This document shows, piece after piece, positions 51,440 to 62,086 of a DNA stretch of 63,450 nucleotides. The DNA is taken from positions 1 through 63,450 of the forward strand of contig ADNK01001508.1 in NCBI GenBank assembly GCA_000320545.1, given 5' to 3'. The notes beneath the pieces were generated by a model. It saw only the letters and a program-made list of their open reading frames with translations. It was not told where the DNA came from and did not search any database. This DNA is from Bigelowiella natans CCMP2755. Its lineage: Eukaryota > Protista > Cercozoa. The number at the start of each line of letters is the position of its first letter. Within the stretch, counting starts at the first letter, position 1. The position numbers and the translations under genes were made by a program.

Positions 51440-52528
51440 CCACAGTATATAGGTACATTACATGTTTGCGTGGTGTTATAGATGCATGTGCGTATACGCT
51501 TGGCTTCTACAGAGCTTGTATATTGAACATTTCAAGTGGACACATGATAACCACGGTTTCCCATGTGCGCATGGCCGAGCGATGAAGTACCTCAAAATGT
51601 TCCAGCGACTCCTAACGATGAGCGCTCAGCCCGCAATGTCGGTCGAAACACTCTGGCACCTGAAAGAGAATGCAAATGAAGTCGACTTCCTCCGTGCAAC
51701 AGATTTACTACAATGGAAGAAGACTGGAGATCGTTTAGAACACACTGAGTTTTGCAGAGGAAAAATGTAGAAGGCATTTTGGCGCGCCTTCGGATAAATA
51801 ATGGCTGAGGAAGGTGTACAGAAACTTTGTGAGAAAGTTTGGATCGCCTCCTACGTACTTCCTGCTGGAGGATGTATATCTCCGCGTCGTTCTTACACCA
51901 GCCAATGCAGAAAGGGGGAGGAAATGAAAGAATGCAATGGGCTCAGACCTTGATCTTATGGCGCGCTTGTTCTCTATCCTGGTGACGCCGCTAATCCGCG
52001 GCTTGTTGAGCGACGTAATTAAATTTGAATTGCTGAGGGAAATGTTCGTTGTCGCACTGATGAAACCAACTTCGTTTCACGAAAAATTTCACTCGATTGG
52101 AACAACAAGGGATTTTGGTAGTTTCTCGGATGATTTTTCCCCACCCTCCTGGTTTGCCCTCCCCCTCTCTCCCCAATTCAACTGGCTGGTCAGATCCTGG
52201 ATCTCCCTTCTTCTGCCTCTCCCTCTTTCCACTCTCACCCAATTCCCGATCCTTTCCTAACCCCCTCTTAGCCCCGTTTAGTTTTTCCAATACTCACGCC
52301 GATGATTCTTTGAATCTTTCTTGAAGAACGCAGCCAAGCGTCATGCATGCGCGTCCACGTGCCCATTTTGCCGATGTGATTTCGATCACGCAAAGCACTG
52401 CACGATGAAACTGCGAGCGCGCATTCATGGCACGTGCCCTCCTTTGTTGAACAAACATGACCGCACTGTGCAAGTTCAGCAGACATGCTCGATCAACCAA
52501 CACATGCCAGCATGCTGGCATGTCTCAA

Positions 52529-52854
52529 TGTTGCGCGTAAGGTGTTCACAGGCCGAGGCGCTACGTGCACAAGTAGGCAGGGGGGGGGAAAGGCACGTTT
52601 GCTTCCTTTTGAAGAGTTGTGTTTATTTTTATTAAAGATTATATTTTTATTAAATCGTGCACTGCGTAATCATTCGCGAAGCTTTCGCGAATGCCGCCGC
52701 ACGTGGGGCAGCACACTTCCGGTGTGCTGCCATGAGTCCCGCCGGAACCCACGTGCCTATGCTGTATTAATATCTACGTTATCTATATTCTATATCCGCG
52801 ACAACCCCTTTGTTGTCGCACGTGACTTGTGCCCGCGTAGTGGTACGCGCTACA
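52529..52854 (-). repeat. 3' LTR (326 bp)
   Basis: Identical by eye to 57919-58244. The terminal inverted repeat TGTTGCGCGTA/TACGCGCTACA matches at 10/11. AATAAA signals are present on the minus strand. Confidence 0.95.
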
Positions 52855-52862
52855 CCTCCCCC
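52855..52862 (-). promoter_or_regulatory. Polypurine tract GGGGGAGG abutting the 3' LTR
   Basis: Plus-strand cctccccc lies immediately inside the LTR. Confidence 0.75.
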
Positions 52863-52905
52863 AAGTCACGTTGCTCCTTCCTTCCTTCCTTATTCCCTTA
52901 GACCT

Positions 52906-55900
52906 TCATCGCTTTCGGAACTTCACCAACCACCAGGTAATAGATTCCTCTCTAACCTTATCTCCTTTGTCGCTTACCCAGAACTCACCTTCGTCCTTAG
53001 GTTCGTGTCCATACCAGCCCTCTGCATCAAGGTCCCCCAGGACCTTATACCAGTGCTCAAAGGGTAAGTCGGGAACAGCTAGGTAGAGTAGCTGATATTT
53101 TCCGTCCTTTATTTTCATAGCTACCCTCTCCATATTTCGTAATCCAGGGTAGCCTAGATAGACAATCTTCATGCGCCAATCGTCGTTCACCCTGACCTTA
53201 TTGTTTCCATATTCCACATCGAACTTAGGTCGGGGTCCTAAACAAGGCATTGCTCGCTCCCACACAGTAGGGTTTACTTTAACATCCTCTAGGAGCTTCT
53301 CACCGATATCATAATTCTTTAGGTGACTGATGTGGCGCAAGGTGACCCTGTTCCCATCATAGATGTAGTACTGCTTCCTCCCCTTCCTCTCGGTAACCTT
53401 TGCAACGCCACCCCAGAAGGGGTCTTGTTTATTTCTCGATCTCAGATTTACCTTGGCCCTAACATACTGTCCTTCCTTTAGAACTCGGCCATCGTACGGG
53501 ACCTTCTCGTCTTCGCTCTCGGTATCGTCGTCGTTGTCGTCGCCTTCTTCCCTCTCCTTATCCTTGATACCTCCCCCAGACGTGAAGGTGTCGTTTACTA
53601 ACCCTTGTATCTTGTCTGGTGTGGTGCTATTTATCCTGCTTAGGTTGGCCAAGGTGCGGTGGAGTCGCTCTACCTTGGAGTTGGACTGGGCATAGTATAC
53701 AGGTGAGGCATCAATATTAGGGTGTGGTAGCTGTAGAAGAGAGGTCTCATTATCCACATGTAACTTCTTTGGTATCTTGTTTATGCTAACTTCATCAGGG
53801 ATAGCCTGGAGCTCAGACTCCCAGGTACGGTAGCAGTTAGTAAGCCTCTGCTTATATAAGCCTTTGTTCTTCTTAGCAACGTTGACCTTGATAATCTTTT
53901 TAACCCAGCACTTTCCAGTGGCCACATCAACGAAGGTAAGGTAGTGATAGCCATCGTACTTATAAACATCAATTTGCACGATATCTAAGAAGTTCCTTGC
54001 TTTGATTTTCTTAGATGCACGGCTCTTGCTGGACTCCTTGGTGGCGACGCCTGCCGCCTTCAAGCTGGAGCACCTGCAGCCACGCAGGTATGTCCTTATC
54101 TCTTTTAGCTTGTAGGGCCAGTAGTAATGGTAGAGTAGAGCAGTGATATGGTTTTCTCCTACGTGTGCAGGTCCATGGGCGGTAAAGAGAAGGGCTCCCC
54201 TGGTCCGCCGTGGCACGTAGGTACGCCTAACATTATTAGTGTATACATATATCCTATCACTAAGTACCTCATGCTTGTGTTTGTATTTATCCAGGTGTTC
54301 TTGAAGGTGCTGGAGCTCCTCTGGCTCAGGCAGGAAGTCGCCGTCCTCGAAGGTAATCGCGTTAACCATAGGGGTGACCTGGGTAGGGACTTTCTTTTCG
54401 AACAGCCTGCTGAAATAGTCAGCAAGCTGCTTGTCTCCTGGTGCGTAGACCACTGTCCTCTTGTCCCTAAACTCTTCCGTGTCCGCCCTCATAGCTGCAT
54501 ACTCATCGTTAGGCGCTTCGAGCTTGCGGTCGATGCCTAGGAGGGGCTTGTGGTCAGTCATTAAGGTGAAGCTGGGCACCGACAGCAGGTAGTATCTTAG
54601 TTTCCTCTGCGCCTCAGTCATGGCTTTATACTCTCCTTTTGTAGGGCTGTACTTGGCCTCAGCTGCTGTGCAGGCCCTGCCCCACACCCGTATGATCTGC
54701 TGGTCTTGGGTAAGTACAGCAGCCATACCTAGCTTAGACCAGTCTGTCCATAGGGTAGCTGGTCTAGTAGTGTCTAGCTTAGCATTCAATAGGGTGTTGC
54801 TGCATAACTTTATTAGGTTATCGAAGTGGGCATCAAGGCCAGCCTTGGCCCACACCTTAGCGAAGCTGAGGCCTACAGAGTTCTCCTTCCGGTAAGCAGT
54901 AGTAAAAGCAGCTGCAGTCCTAGCGTAGGTAGGGGAGAACCTACGTAGTATCCAAGCTGCAGTCTGCAAGAATGACTTTAACTCCTTTGCATTCTTAGGT
55001 TTAGGGGCTTGCTGTAGTGCTGCTACTTTCTCGGGGTTTGGGGTGATGCGGCCTTGCTCCAGGTAATATCCACACCACTTGATTCTTGTAGCTAGGAATG
55101 TACACTTCTGCAGTCTAATAGTAAAACCGAAGTGTGCAAACCTAATAAATATATTTTCCAGGAGGAAGATCTGAGCGACGACTGTGTTGGTACATATTAT
55201 GTCATCATCCACATACACAAACACAAACACCCACAACACAGACGCCATCCCATCATGTGTGTATGCCCTGTAGTTCTGACTACTGAACGCATCCCCTGAT
55301 ATGCTTAGGCCGTAAGGGAATACGACGAAGTGCCACTTCCTGTGCCTGCTGGAGAACGCGGTAATGGGGCGGGAGGTTTTGTGGATGGGTGTCTGCATGT
55401 ATGATTCATTTTTATCTAGGGAAGAGTAGTATTTGTATCCTATGACGTGTTCAATAACGTCATCTATCCTTGGTGTAGGTGTCTGGATCCTCTTTATTAC
55501 TCGGTTGTGGCGGATGAAGTTGTGCGCCAGGCGGAAGAAAGGGTAAGTAGGTTTCTTAGCTAGCACATGTCTCACGTTCCATGGTGAGTTGCTTGGCTCT
55601 ATCTTCCCTTCCTTTGCCCATTCATTGATCTGCCACTCTATCTTTTCCCAGTCCGCTTCCGGTCGCCTATGTTCTGGGTCATTGATGATGCACTCTTCGT
55701 ATCCCTTCTTTAGCTCGATCTTTACTGGGGTAAGCTTGCTGGAGGGCTTCGTCGTCGGCTTGGTGATGTCAGAGTACTTCTCGTTTAATATTTTATTAAT
55801 GTACTTTTTGCCTTTGTCGATATCCCAATCATCAGCTGGGGGGGTCTTGTCCAGTAGCTCCGTTATCTGTCGGATGGTCTTGCCGGGGTTCTTCTTCCGT

Positions 55901-57879
55901 AGCTCGGTAGGTGTAGGTAGCTTGTTGTCCGCTAGGTCCATAAACTCTAACGCATTAACGCTTGACTCAGAGGTCCACTCGTCAAGCCGTATCATGTTCT
56001 GGCTGATGGTCCTGCCTGACTTCTTTGGCAACTTAGCAAAGTATATCTTGTGATTGTAGAATGATATGATCCCCCCTAATTTTTCTAGGGCATCCTGTCC
56101 GAGGAGTAGTTCCATGGATAAAGTCATGGCTACTCGGGTCTTGATTTGGGTCTCCGCGTCGCTGCCAGGTATCTGTAGCTTTAGCATTAGCTCACCGACG
56201 GTCTTCATGGAAGAGCTTCCGTCTGCTTGAGCATATTTACGTTCTTTCTTAGTCACTTGATCCAATAGTCCTAACCTTCTTACTGTGCTTAGGCTTATGA
56301 AGGACTTCGGCATGCTGCCACTATCCCAAAGGGCAGGTAGTTTCTTGTAGTCTCCGTAGCTGTCTTTAACTTTAACCTTGGTCATAGCAACTTTGATAGT
56401 CCTGTTAGCGTCTTCGTCATTAATGTTGCATACTCCTAAGTTCTTTATGTCGTCTAGGGTCATGGGCTTGTCTTGGTCCTGCGTTGCTGGTACTGCTGTC
56501 TTCGTCGGCGCCTGCTTAAGGTGATCTAATATTCCGTTTATCTGCTGCTGTATAGCATTGATACTGTTCTGCTTTTTGTTCTTATATTTATTGTTCTTCC
56601 CGTTGTTGCTGCCTTGCCATTTGCTGTTGTTATATCCTTGTCCTCTGCCTTTCTTTCTCTTTAACTTCTCGTAGTGTTCGTTGAGCTGCCTGATCGTCAT
56701 CCTGGGTCGTCCTTCTTTCCTGTCTCTGCAGTCTTTAGCGGTGTGTTTCCCTTTACGTGAGCAGTATCCGCAACGTCGGTTACCTTCCCTGTCCTTGTAC
56801 CAGTCTCGCTGCGGCTTAATAGCGTTAATGTTTCCTATGCCAGGTACCTTAGGGCTGGTAAACTTGCGGTCCTGCTCCTGCTCGCGTAGGGATATAGCCT
56901 GCACTGCTGCCTCCATCGTGGTGTAGCCTTTCTCCGTAACGTAAGTGGATTCCTTTATCTTTAACTTGAACTCTTCAAACCTTGCCTGATCATCACCTGT
57001 GTTGTAATTAAAATCATGTAGTTCGTCGATCATATCCTGGAAGCGCGTGGCAAAGTCTCTAACAGGTTCTCTCTCATGCTGCATCATTGCTCTGTATTTT
57101 CTAATAGCCTGGGGTAGGGAGTTAGCATCCTGTTCATTTACAAAAGCCTTCATTATCGCCTCAACGTCTCGTAGCCCACTAACTGTAGTGTGTATTTTCT
57201 CTAGCTGCCTGATCCGGGTCCTGCCTGTCTCGTAAAGGTCCATGGCTTGCTTTATTATAGCTAGCCATTTGAGCTTGTCGTTTTCGGTGGGGTTAGGGGT
57301 AAAGTCGCAGAGTATACTCCTAGCGTTCTTCCACCACCTCCTTGCCTCACCTCTTTTCCCGTTGTATTTCGTTATCATAACCGGTGCTGTTTTAACAGAC
57401 ATGAACTGGGTGTTCCGCTGTACCGGCTGCTGCTGCTTGACGGTGCTCTGGGTCGTCCCCCGCGAGGCGCCCAGACCCCCGTCGTTCCTAAACAAAGCTG
57501 CCCACTCTGGAGGTAAGTCTGCTTCGTAATCCATGATGTCCTGCATGATAGCTGCCCAAACATCATGTGTCTGATACTTGTATTCTATCGATACTTTCAG
57601 TTTGGCGTAGTTGCTCGCCCTGGGTCGCAAGGCTCGTAATGCCATTACGACCTTCTTGCTTTCGGCGGCCACGTCCTCGTCGTCCGCCTCGTAGAAGTTC
57701 TCCAGTGCCTCTGCTGCTGCATCTGCTTTCTTAATCCCGGGTGCTGGTCCCGGCGGTGCCTGTGGAGGTGTTCCTCCTCCTTCCTTAGCGTCCGTATCGC
57801 CCTTCCTTTCCTGTTTCTGCTCGTGCCCTTGCACGGCCTGCGAGCCAAAGTCCTGCTGTTCTTCTAGCTGCTGTGACAT
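52906..57879 (-). CDS. Gag-Pol polyprotein (1657 aa): Gag/CCHC, aspartic protease, RT, RNase H, integrase with SH3/GPF-like module, C-terminal Dam-like domain
   Basis: Motifs: CGYCSRKGKHTAKDC; ALWDSGS; FPYGL and YVDD; LWTDWS and MTDHKPL; H-x3-H...CRC, QIDV, HVDN, SNSKVERLHRTL; GQYV..KQDPFWGG. The ORF is uninterrupted. Confidence 0.95.
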   Translation of the reverse strand: MSQQLEEQQDFGSQAVQGHEQKQERKGDTDAKEGGGTPPQAPPGPAPGIKKADAAAEALENFYEADDEDVAAESKKVVMALRALRPRASNYAKLKVSIEYKYQTHDVWAAIMQDIMDYEADLPPEWAALFRNDGGLGASRGTTQSTVKQQQPVQRNTQFMSVKTAPVMITKYNGKRGEARRWWKNARSILCDFTPNPTENDKLKWLAIIKQAMDLYETGRTRIRQLEKIHTTVSGLRDVEAIMKAFVNEQDANSLPQAIRKYRAMMQHEREPVRDFATRFQDMIDELHDFNYNTGDDQARFEEFKLKIKESTYVTEKGYTTMEAAVQAISLREQEQDRKFTSPKVPGIGNINAIKPQRDWYKDREGNRRCGYCSRKGKHTAKDCRDRKEGRPRMTIRQLNEHYEKLKRKKGRGQGYNNSKWQGSNNGKNNKYKNKKQNSINAIQQQINGILDHLKQAPTKTAVPATQDQDKPMTLDDIKNLGVCNINDEDANRTIKVAMTKVKVKDSYGDYKKLPALWDSGSMPKSFISLSTVRRLGLLDQVTKKERKYAQADGSSSMKTVGELMLKLQIPGSDAETQIKTRVAMTLSMELLLGQDALEKLGGIISFYNHKIYFAKLPKKSGRTISQNMIRLDEWTSESSVNALEFMDLADNKLPTPTELRKKNPGKTIRQITELLDKTPPADDWDIDKGKKYINKILNEKYSDITKPTTKPSSKLTPVKIELKKGYEECIINDPEHRRPEADWEKIEWQINEWAKEGKIEPSNSPWNVRHVLAKKPTYPFFRLAHNFIRHNRVIKRIQTPTPRIDDVIEHVIGYKYYSSLDKNESYMQTPIHKTSRPITAFSSRHRKWHFVVFPYGLSISGDAFSSQNYRAYTHDGMASVLWVFVFVYVDDDIICTNTVVAQIFLLENIFIRFAHFGFTIRLQKCTFLATRIKWCGYYLEQGRITPNPEKVAALQQAPKPKNAKELKSFLQTAAWILRRFSPTYARTAAAFTTAYRKENSVGLSFAKVWAKAGLDAHFDNLIKLCSNTLLNAKLDTTRPATLWTDWSKLGMAAVLTQDQQIIRVWGRACTAAEAKYSPTKGEYKAMTEAQRKLRYYLLSVPSFTLMTDHKPLLGIDRKLEAPNDEYAAMRADTEEFRDKRTVVYAPGDKQLADYFSRLFEKKVPTQVTPMVNAITFEDGDFLPEPEELQHLQEHLDKYKHKHEVLSDRIYVYTNNVRRTYVPRRTRGALLFTAHGPAHVGENHITALLYHYYWPYKLKEIRTYLRGCRCSSLKAAGVATKESSKSRASKKIKARNFLDIVQIDVYKYDGYHYLTFVDVATGKCWVKKIIKVNVAKKNKGLYKQRLTNCYRTWESELQAIPDEVSINKIPKKLHVDNETSLLQLPHPNIDASPVYYAQSNSKVERLHRTLANLSRINSTTPDKIQGLVNDTFTSGGGIKDKEREEGDDNDDDTESEDEKVPYDGRVLKEGQYVRAKVNLRSRNKQDPFWGGVAKVTERKGRKQYYIYDGNRVTLRHISHLKNYDIGEKLLEDVKVNPTVWERAMPCLGPRPKFDVEYGNNKVRVNDDWRMKIVYLGYPGLRNMERVAMKIKDGKYQLLYLAVPDLPFEHWYKVLGDLDAEGWYGHEPKDEGEFWVSDKGDKVREESITWWLVKFRKR

Positions 57880-57895
57880 TGTTAGTCAAATCGTT

Positions 57896-57913
57896 TCCCG
57901 TGTGTGGAAGCCA
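57896..57913 (-). promoter_or_regulatory. Primer-binding site TGGCTTCCACACACGGGA (tRNA 3'-end complement)
   Basis: An 18-nt TGG-initiated stretch 5 nt inside the 5' LTR. Its complement ends ...GGAAG-CCA like a tRNA acceptor end. The tRNA was not identified. Confidence 0.65.
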
Positions 57914-57918
57914 AAGGT

Positions 57919-58244
57919 TGTTGCGCGTAAGGTGTTCACAGGCCGAGGCGCTACGTGCACAAGTAGGCAGGGGGGGGGAAAGGCACGTTTGCTTCCTTTT
58001 GAAGAGTTGTGTTTATTTTTATTAAAGATTATATTTTTATTAAATCGTGCACTGCGTAATCATTCGCGAAGCTTTCGCGAATGCCGCCGCACGTGGGGCA
58101 GCACACTTCCGGTGTGCTGCCATGAGTCCCGCCGGAACCCACGTGCCTATGCTGTATTAATATCTACGTTATCTATATTCTATATCCGCGACAACCCCTT
58201 TGTTGTCGCACGTGACTTGTGCCCGCGTAGTGGTACGCGCTACA
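57919..58244 (-). repeat. 5' LTR (326 bp)
   Basis: Direct repeat of 52529-52854. Confidence 0.95.
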
Positions 58245-58693
58245 TCAAGCTGTTGATCGAATCGTGTGCGTCGTGCTAGCTAGCTAGCTAGCGTGTGCGA
58301 CAATGTGAGTGCGTGCTAGCGTGGTGTGCACAACCGGACAAGCAGAGTCGTGCGCACATTAATCGCATGCTAGCCACCACTGCGATGCTTCATCTATGCG
58401 CGCACGCGCACGTGCAGCACAGATGCTCAGGAACATTTTCACGCTCATGTGATCTCATGATGTCGCAACATCTAGAACATGTTCGCGAGTCACTACCACC
58501 TAACCTAACAAATTTCCAAACCGACCTCAAATCATGCGGTGGTTTTCTGGTAACCAGCCATAATCCACTCCTGGAGCAGAGAACCTAACAAGGGTTGGAA
58601 CACACATTGCAAAAGGTTCATCAGAACAGAATCGCGATGTCATCGCAGCAACGCAGGAAAGTTTTACAAATCATTACGGAGGAAAACTCCACT

Positions 58694-58908
58694 CTAGATC
58701 GTATCCTGTTCGCGGCTCGTCATGTTCTTGATGAAGATGCCCCAAATTTTGACCTAATGTAACAATATCTCAGGCTCTGCAGGGAGAAACAAGGGGGGGA
58801 TATTGGTTTGTAAACTACCAAGTGCAAGATCAACGTATCCAAGTCGCCGCACCTGGTAGTGATTTTATCGAATTAGTTAAACATCTCTGAGACCTAAATA
58901 TTATATAA

Positions 58909-58939
<31 letters not shown>

Positions 58940-59979
58940 ACCTTGATCGACCATATCCTAAGATTCTCTGCCAAATGCGTCCGATTGGAGCTCAACCTGT
59001 ATCGGATAGTCGGTGGGCTAACGCGCTTTCAAGTTTCTCGATGCAGGCGTGTTGTCACATACCTCACAGCTCGCTCCAGCTCCTCTACTTGCTCGACGGC
59101 TTTGTAAGGCCCGAAGAAGTAATGTGGCCCCGCCTATACGAGCAAGTGCAGTGTGTTATAGCGCGTTGTGCTCTGTTGTGCTGGCGAGAGGGGAGGGGGT
59201 GAAGATTATACCTTGCTAAGAGCATCTCCTATTAGCACGATTTGTCCGTCGAATTCAGCCTCCAGCGCCATGTCATATCGCACGCGAAACACACCTGATC
59301 GTGGCGCAAATGACAACAATTACCATCGCTGCCTTTCTAAGAGCATTCGAGAGAGGAGGCCGCATGCTGGCAGATGCGTTTGCCGCTTTTGTGCCGCGCC
59401 GCTGCATGCTGATGATTCGAATTAGGATGAGGTACCCGGGGACCATGTGGACTCGATCAAGGACGACAGCCAGTCCTGTGAGAAGAAGGAAAAAAAGACG
59501 AAGATAGGGAAACTGTCAAACGTTCCGCGAGGGCAGAGGATGGGGAGAACAAGATGGAAACAGAGGGATTCTGCATCCAGTCGGATTGCTTTGTGCGGCC
59601 GGGCGAGCCAGAATTATTATTTTTGTAGAAGACAACTCAGGTGTGCGATGATGGTAATGCAAAACGAGACCGGCAACTCCTCCTTCGCGCGTTCGTGCAG
59701 CTCTGTTGAATCATCAAGCATGTACAGGCTCAAATTAGGTACAACTCTCCTCCAAACTTCATGGGCTAAATTCTCTAGGATACTACACGTAGCAGACTGC
59801 CATATATAGAAACCGCACTTTTGACGTTCTCGGGTTTCATAAGCCCCTGCGGCAATTCAAACTTGTGCCTTTTGCCTCGTTTGTCTTGGAAAAGCTGATT
59901 TATCTCCTCAACCTGCCCCCTTGGGGTGCTGCTTAAGTTTCGATACCTGAAACATCAAGACGTCTTCAGCTCATTATAA

Positions 59980-60013
<34 letters not shown>

Positions 60014-61210
60014 CATTTATAAACATATCAACTATATGAACACTTATTCTTACACTCCTGAACTCCATCGCCTCTCAGAAAACATATATTCGACTCGTGG
60101 ACAATTTATGTTGATGTTAAGCTGACCAAGTCCAAGCAATGCGGCGAAACGGATAATGACGCTCGCCTGCAGATAGCAATGCAGTCGGGTTAAGCAGAAA
60201 GAGCACATGTAGCATTGAAGAGGATGGTGGTAAAAATTCGTCTAATAAATGCATCCAGTCAATACTGCTACCAAACAATGCTGCGAAGTCAGCGATTGCA
60301 CCCCAAACAAGTACCTCGAATTCCAGGCATTATCATCGCCTGGGCAAGAAACGACAACGACGACAACGACAGAAGACAACCGCACGGTGAAGAATAAATA
60401 TTGCGTCACTAGGAATATGGGAGAAATATCGTCTAAAACGCTAACGGCGACGAGCAATGGTTTCCTACATTGGCGTTTGTTCTTGACTTGGCAGGAGCGT
60501 AACACAGCAAATCACTGCCGTTTCTTAACAACATGGAAACCTTAAGAAGGTGTGTGGTATGGGGAAGGGAGAGGAGTAGTGTTGTTAGTAATGCACTCAC
60601 AATCCAGCGAAATCGAAGATGGGTTTGTTGTGCTTCATGATTGCTAGAAACAGGGATGACGAAGCCACCATCGGTGCTGTAAAGTTTCCCTTATTATCAG
60701 AGTATTCCTGGCAACGGTTTCTCGAGGAAGTAACATGACTACTCGCACCTTCTTCGGGGCGAGGGTTTCAGGGATGGTGCCGTGGTATCCAATGTAATTC
60801 TCAAACCTGACGGCGACGGCCATAGTGGAGAGCGATGAGTGACGAATAAAGGCGAATAAGGAGAAAGGGGAGACAATATAAGAAGAAGAAGAAGAAGAAG
60901 AAGAAGGAAAAGGAAATAACAGAGTCCCACACTAGGTCATATAATTTATCATTGAAGGCTGGTTGGTGTTTCTTGGTGATGTGATTTTCGGAATTACTGG
61001 AAAGCTCCAGGCTTTAGCCGCTTCTCCTCTTCGAGCGTACGTCGTGTCATTCCTACACGTCGTTAACATTGGCGGTTGGAAGGACTACTTTTGTGGTGGT
61101 TTCTGTATGGCTTTCTAACAACTAGCATACAGACTCAGTTCCATTCATTGGAAGGGAACACTGATCGCTTTGAGCGACATTACCTGTCTCTCCATCGGCT
61201 CCGATGATCT
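58694..61210 (-). CDS. Multi-exon hypothetical protein (extent uncertain)
   Basis: Coding-like exons with GT-AG borders: SSEPMERQVMSLKAISVPFQ, YRNLSSTPRGQVEEINQLFQDKRGKRHKFELPQGLMKPE, AGPHYFFGPYKAVEQVEELERAV and VKIWGIFIKNMTSREQDTI*. Confidence 0.35.
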
Positions 61211-61226
61211 AATTAGGTGGGCAGAG

Positions 61227-61300
<74 letters not shown>

Positions 61301-62054
61301 ATCACACACACACACATACGCGCGTATTCGTGAGATCGAGTTGAAATCCATCTTGCCCAACAGCATCGTGTTCTTTCTTCCTCTCCCCCCCCCCTCATAT
61401 ATCCCCTCATACCAGGTCAAAGATAGCACGCGACTTATTGTTGATTTGCAGCGAGGGGTGCGGCATGGTTACGGGGCCTTTTTTGCCAAAAGAGAACACT
61501 GTCAATGAGTGGGCAAATCTCTCAAAACGGAGTTTTTGCAATCGGATCCTTCACAAAACTCCGAATCCTTTGCCATTCATTGGATGAGCAACATTTCATG
61601 CTTAATCGCACGTGAGGAACAACAGAGATGATTCCAGTAGCACTATACGCAATGGGCTCATGCGAAACGGGAGGAGACCGAAATCGAGCGAAGGAGGATG
61701 ATAACCCTGCAAAAGGAAAGCAGCGCCCTTACCAGAGGGACTTGTAGCATTCGAATGCTGCTGTCGTTTCCGACCCGAGTCTAGGGTGAGTGATGTGACC
61801 GCTGCCCCTGTAAGAAGATTTAGTACACAGTATTCGTATTTTTGTTCTTTGCAATATTCAAGAATGTCTTTTTAGCAGTGCGGCCTAGATCTATCGCAGG
61901 GGGGGGGGGGAGGAGGGTGTGATGGATGATACCGTGGATATAACGATCTGCCCAGCCTCTCCGAATTGTCCGCTGGATCCGTCCATGCATGTTTCCAAAA
62001 TGACGTAACACGATGCAGTCTTTTCAGAAGAGCAACAATAATTCGCGGCTTGCT

Positions 62055-62086
<32 letters not shown>

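Larger units (their letters stand above)
52529..58244 (-). mobile_element. Full-length Ty3/Gypsy LTR retrotransposon (5716 bp) with 4-bp TSD TCAA
   Basis: Two 326-bp direct LTRs (TG...CA). TCAA lies at 52525-52528 and 58245-58248. A single gag-pol ORF has the domain order PR-RT-RH-IN, and a PBS and PPT are present. Confidence 0.97.

Noticed and set aside
52485-52901. 138-aa ORF and its twin at 57902-58279
   Set aside because: Both are antisense read-throughs of the identical LTRs, start at non-ATG codons outside the LTR and show no protein features.
52906-53290. Chromodomain or env at the Pol C-terminus
   Set aside because: It lacks the chromodomain Y.VKW.G pattern and any signal peptide or TM segment, and fits an MTase-like alpha/beta pattern better.
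52529-58244. DIRS/tyrosine-recombinase element, suggested by the MT-like domain
   Set aside because: It has direct TG..CA LTRs, a TSD, a protease and a DDE integrase, and no tyrosine recombinase.
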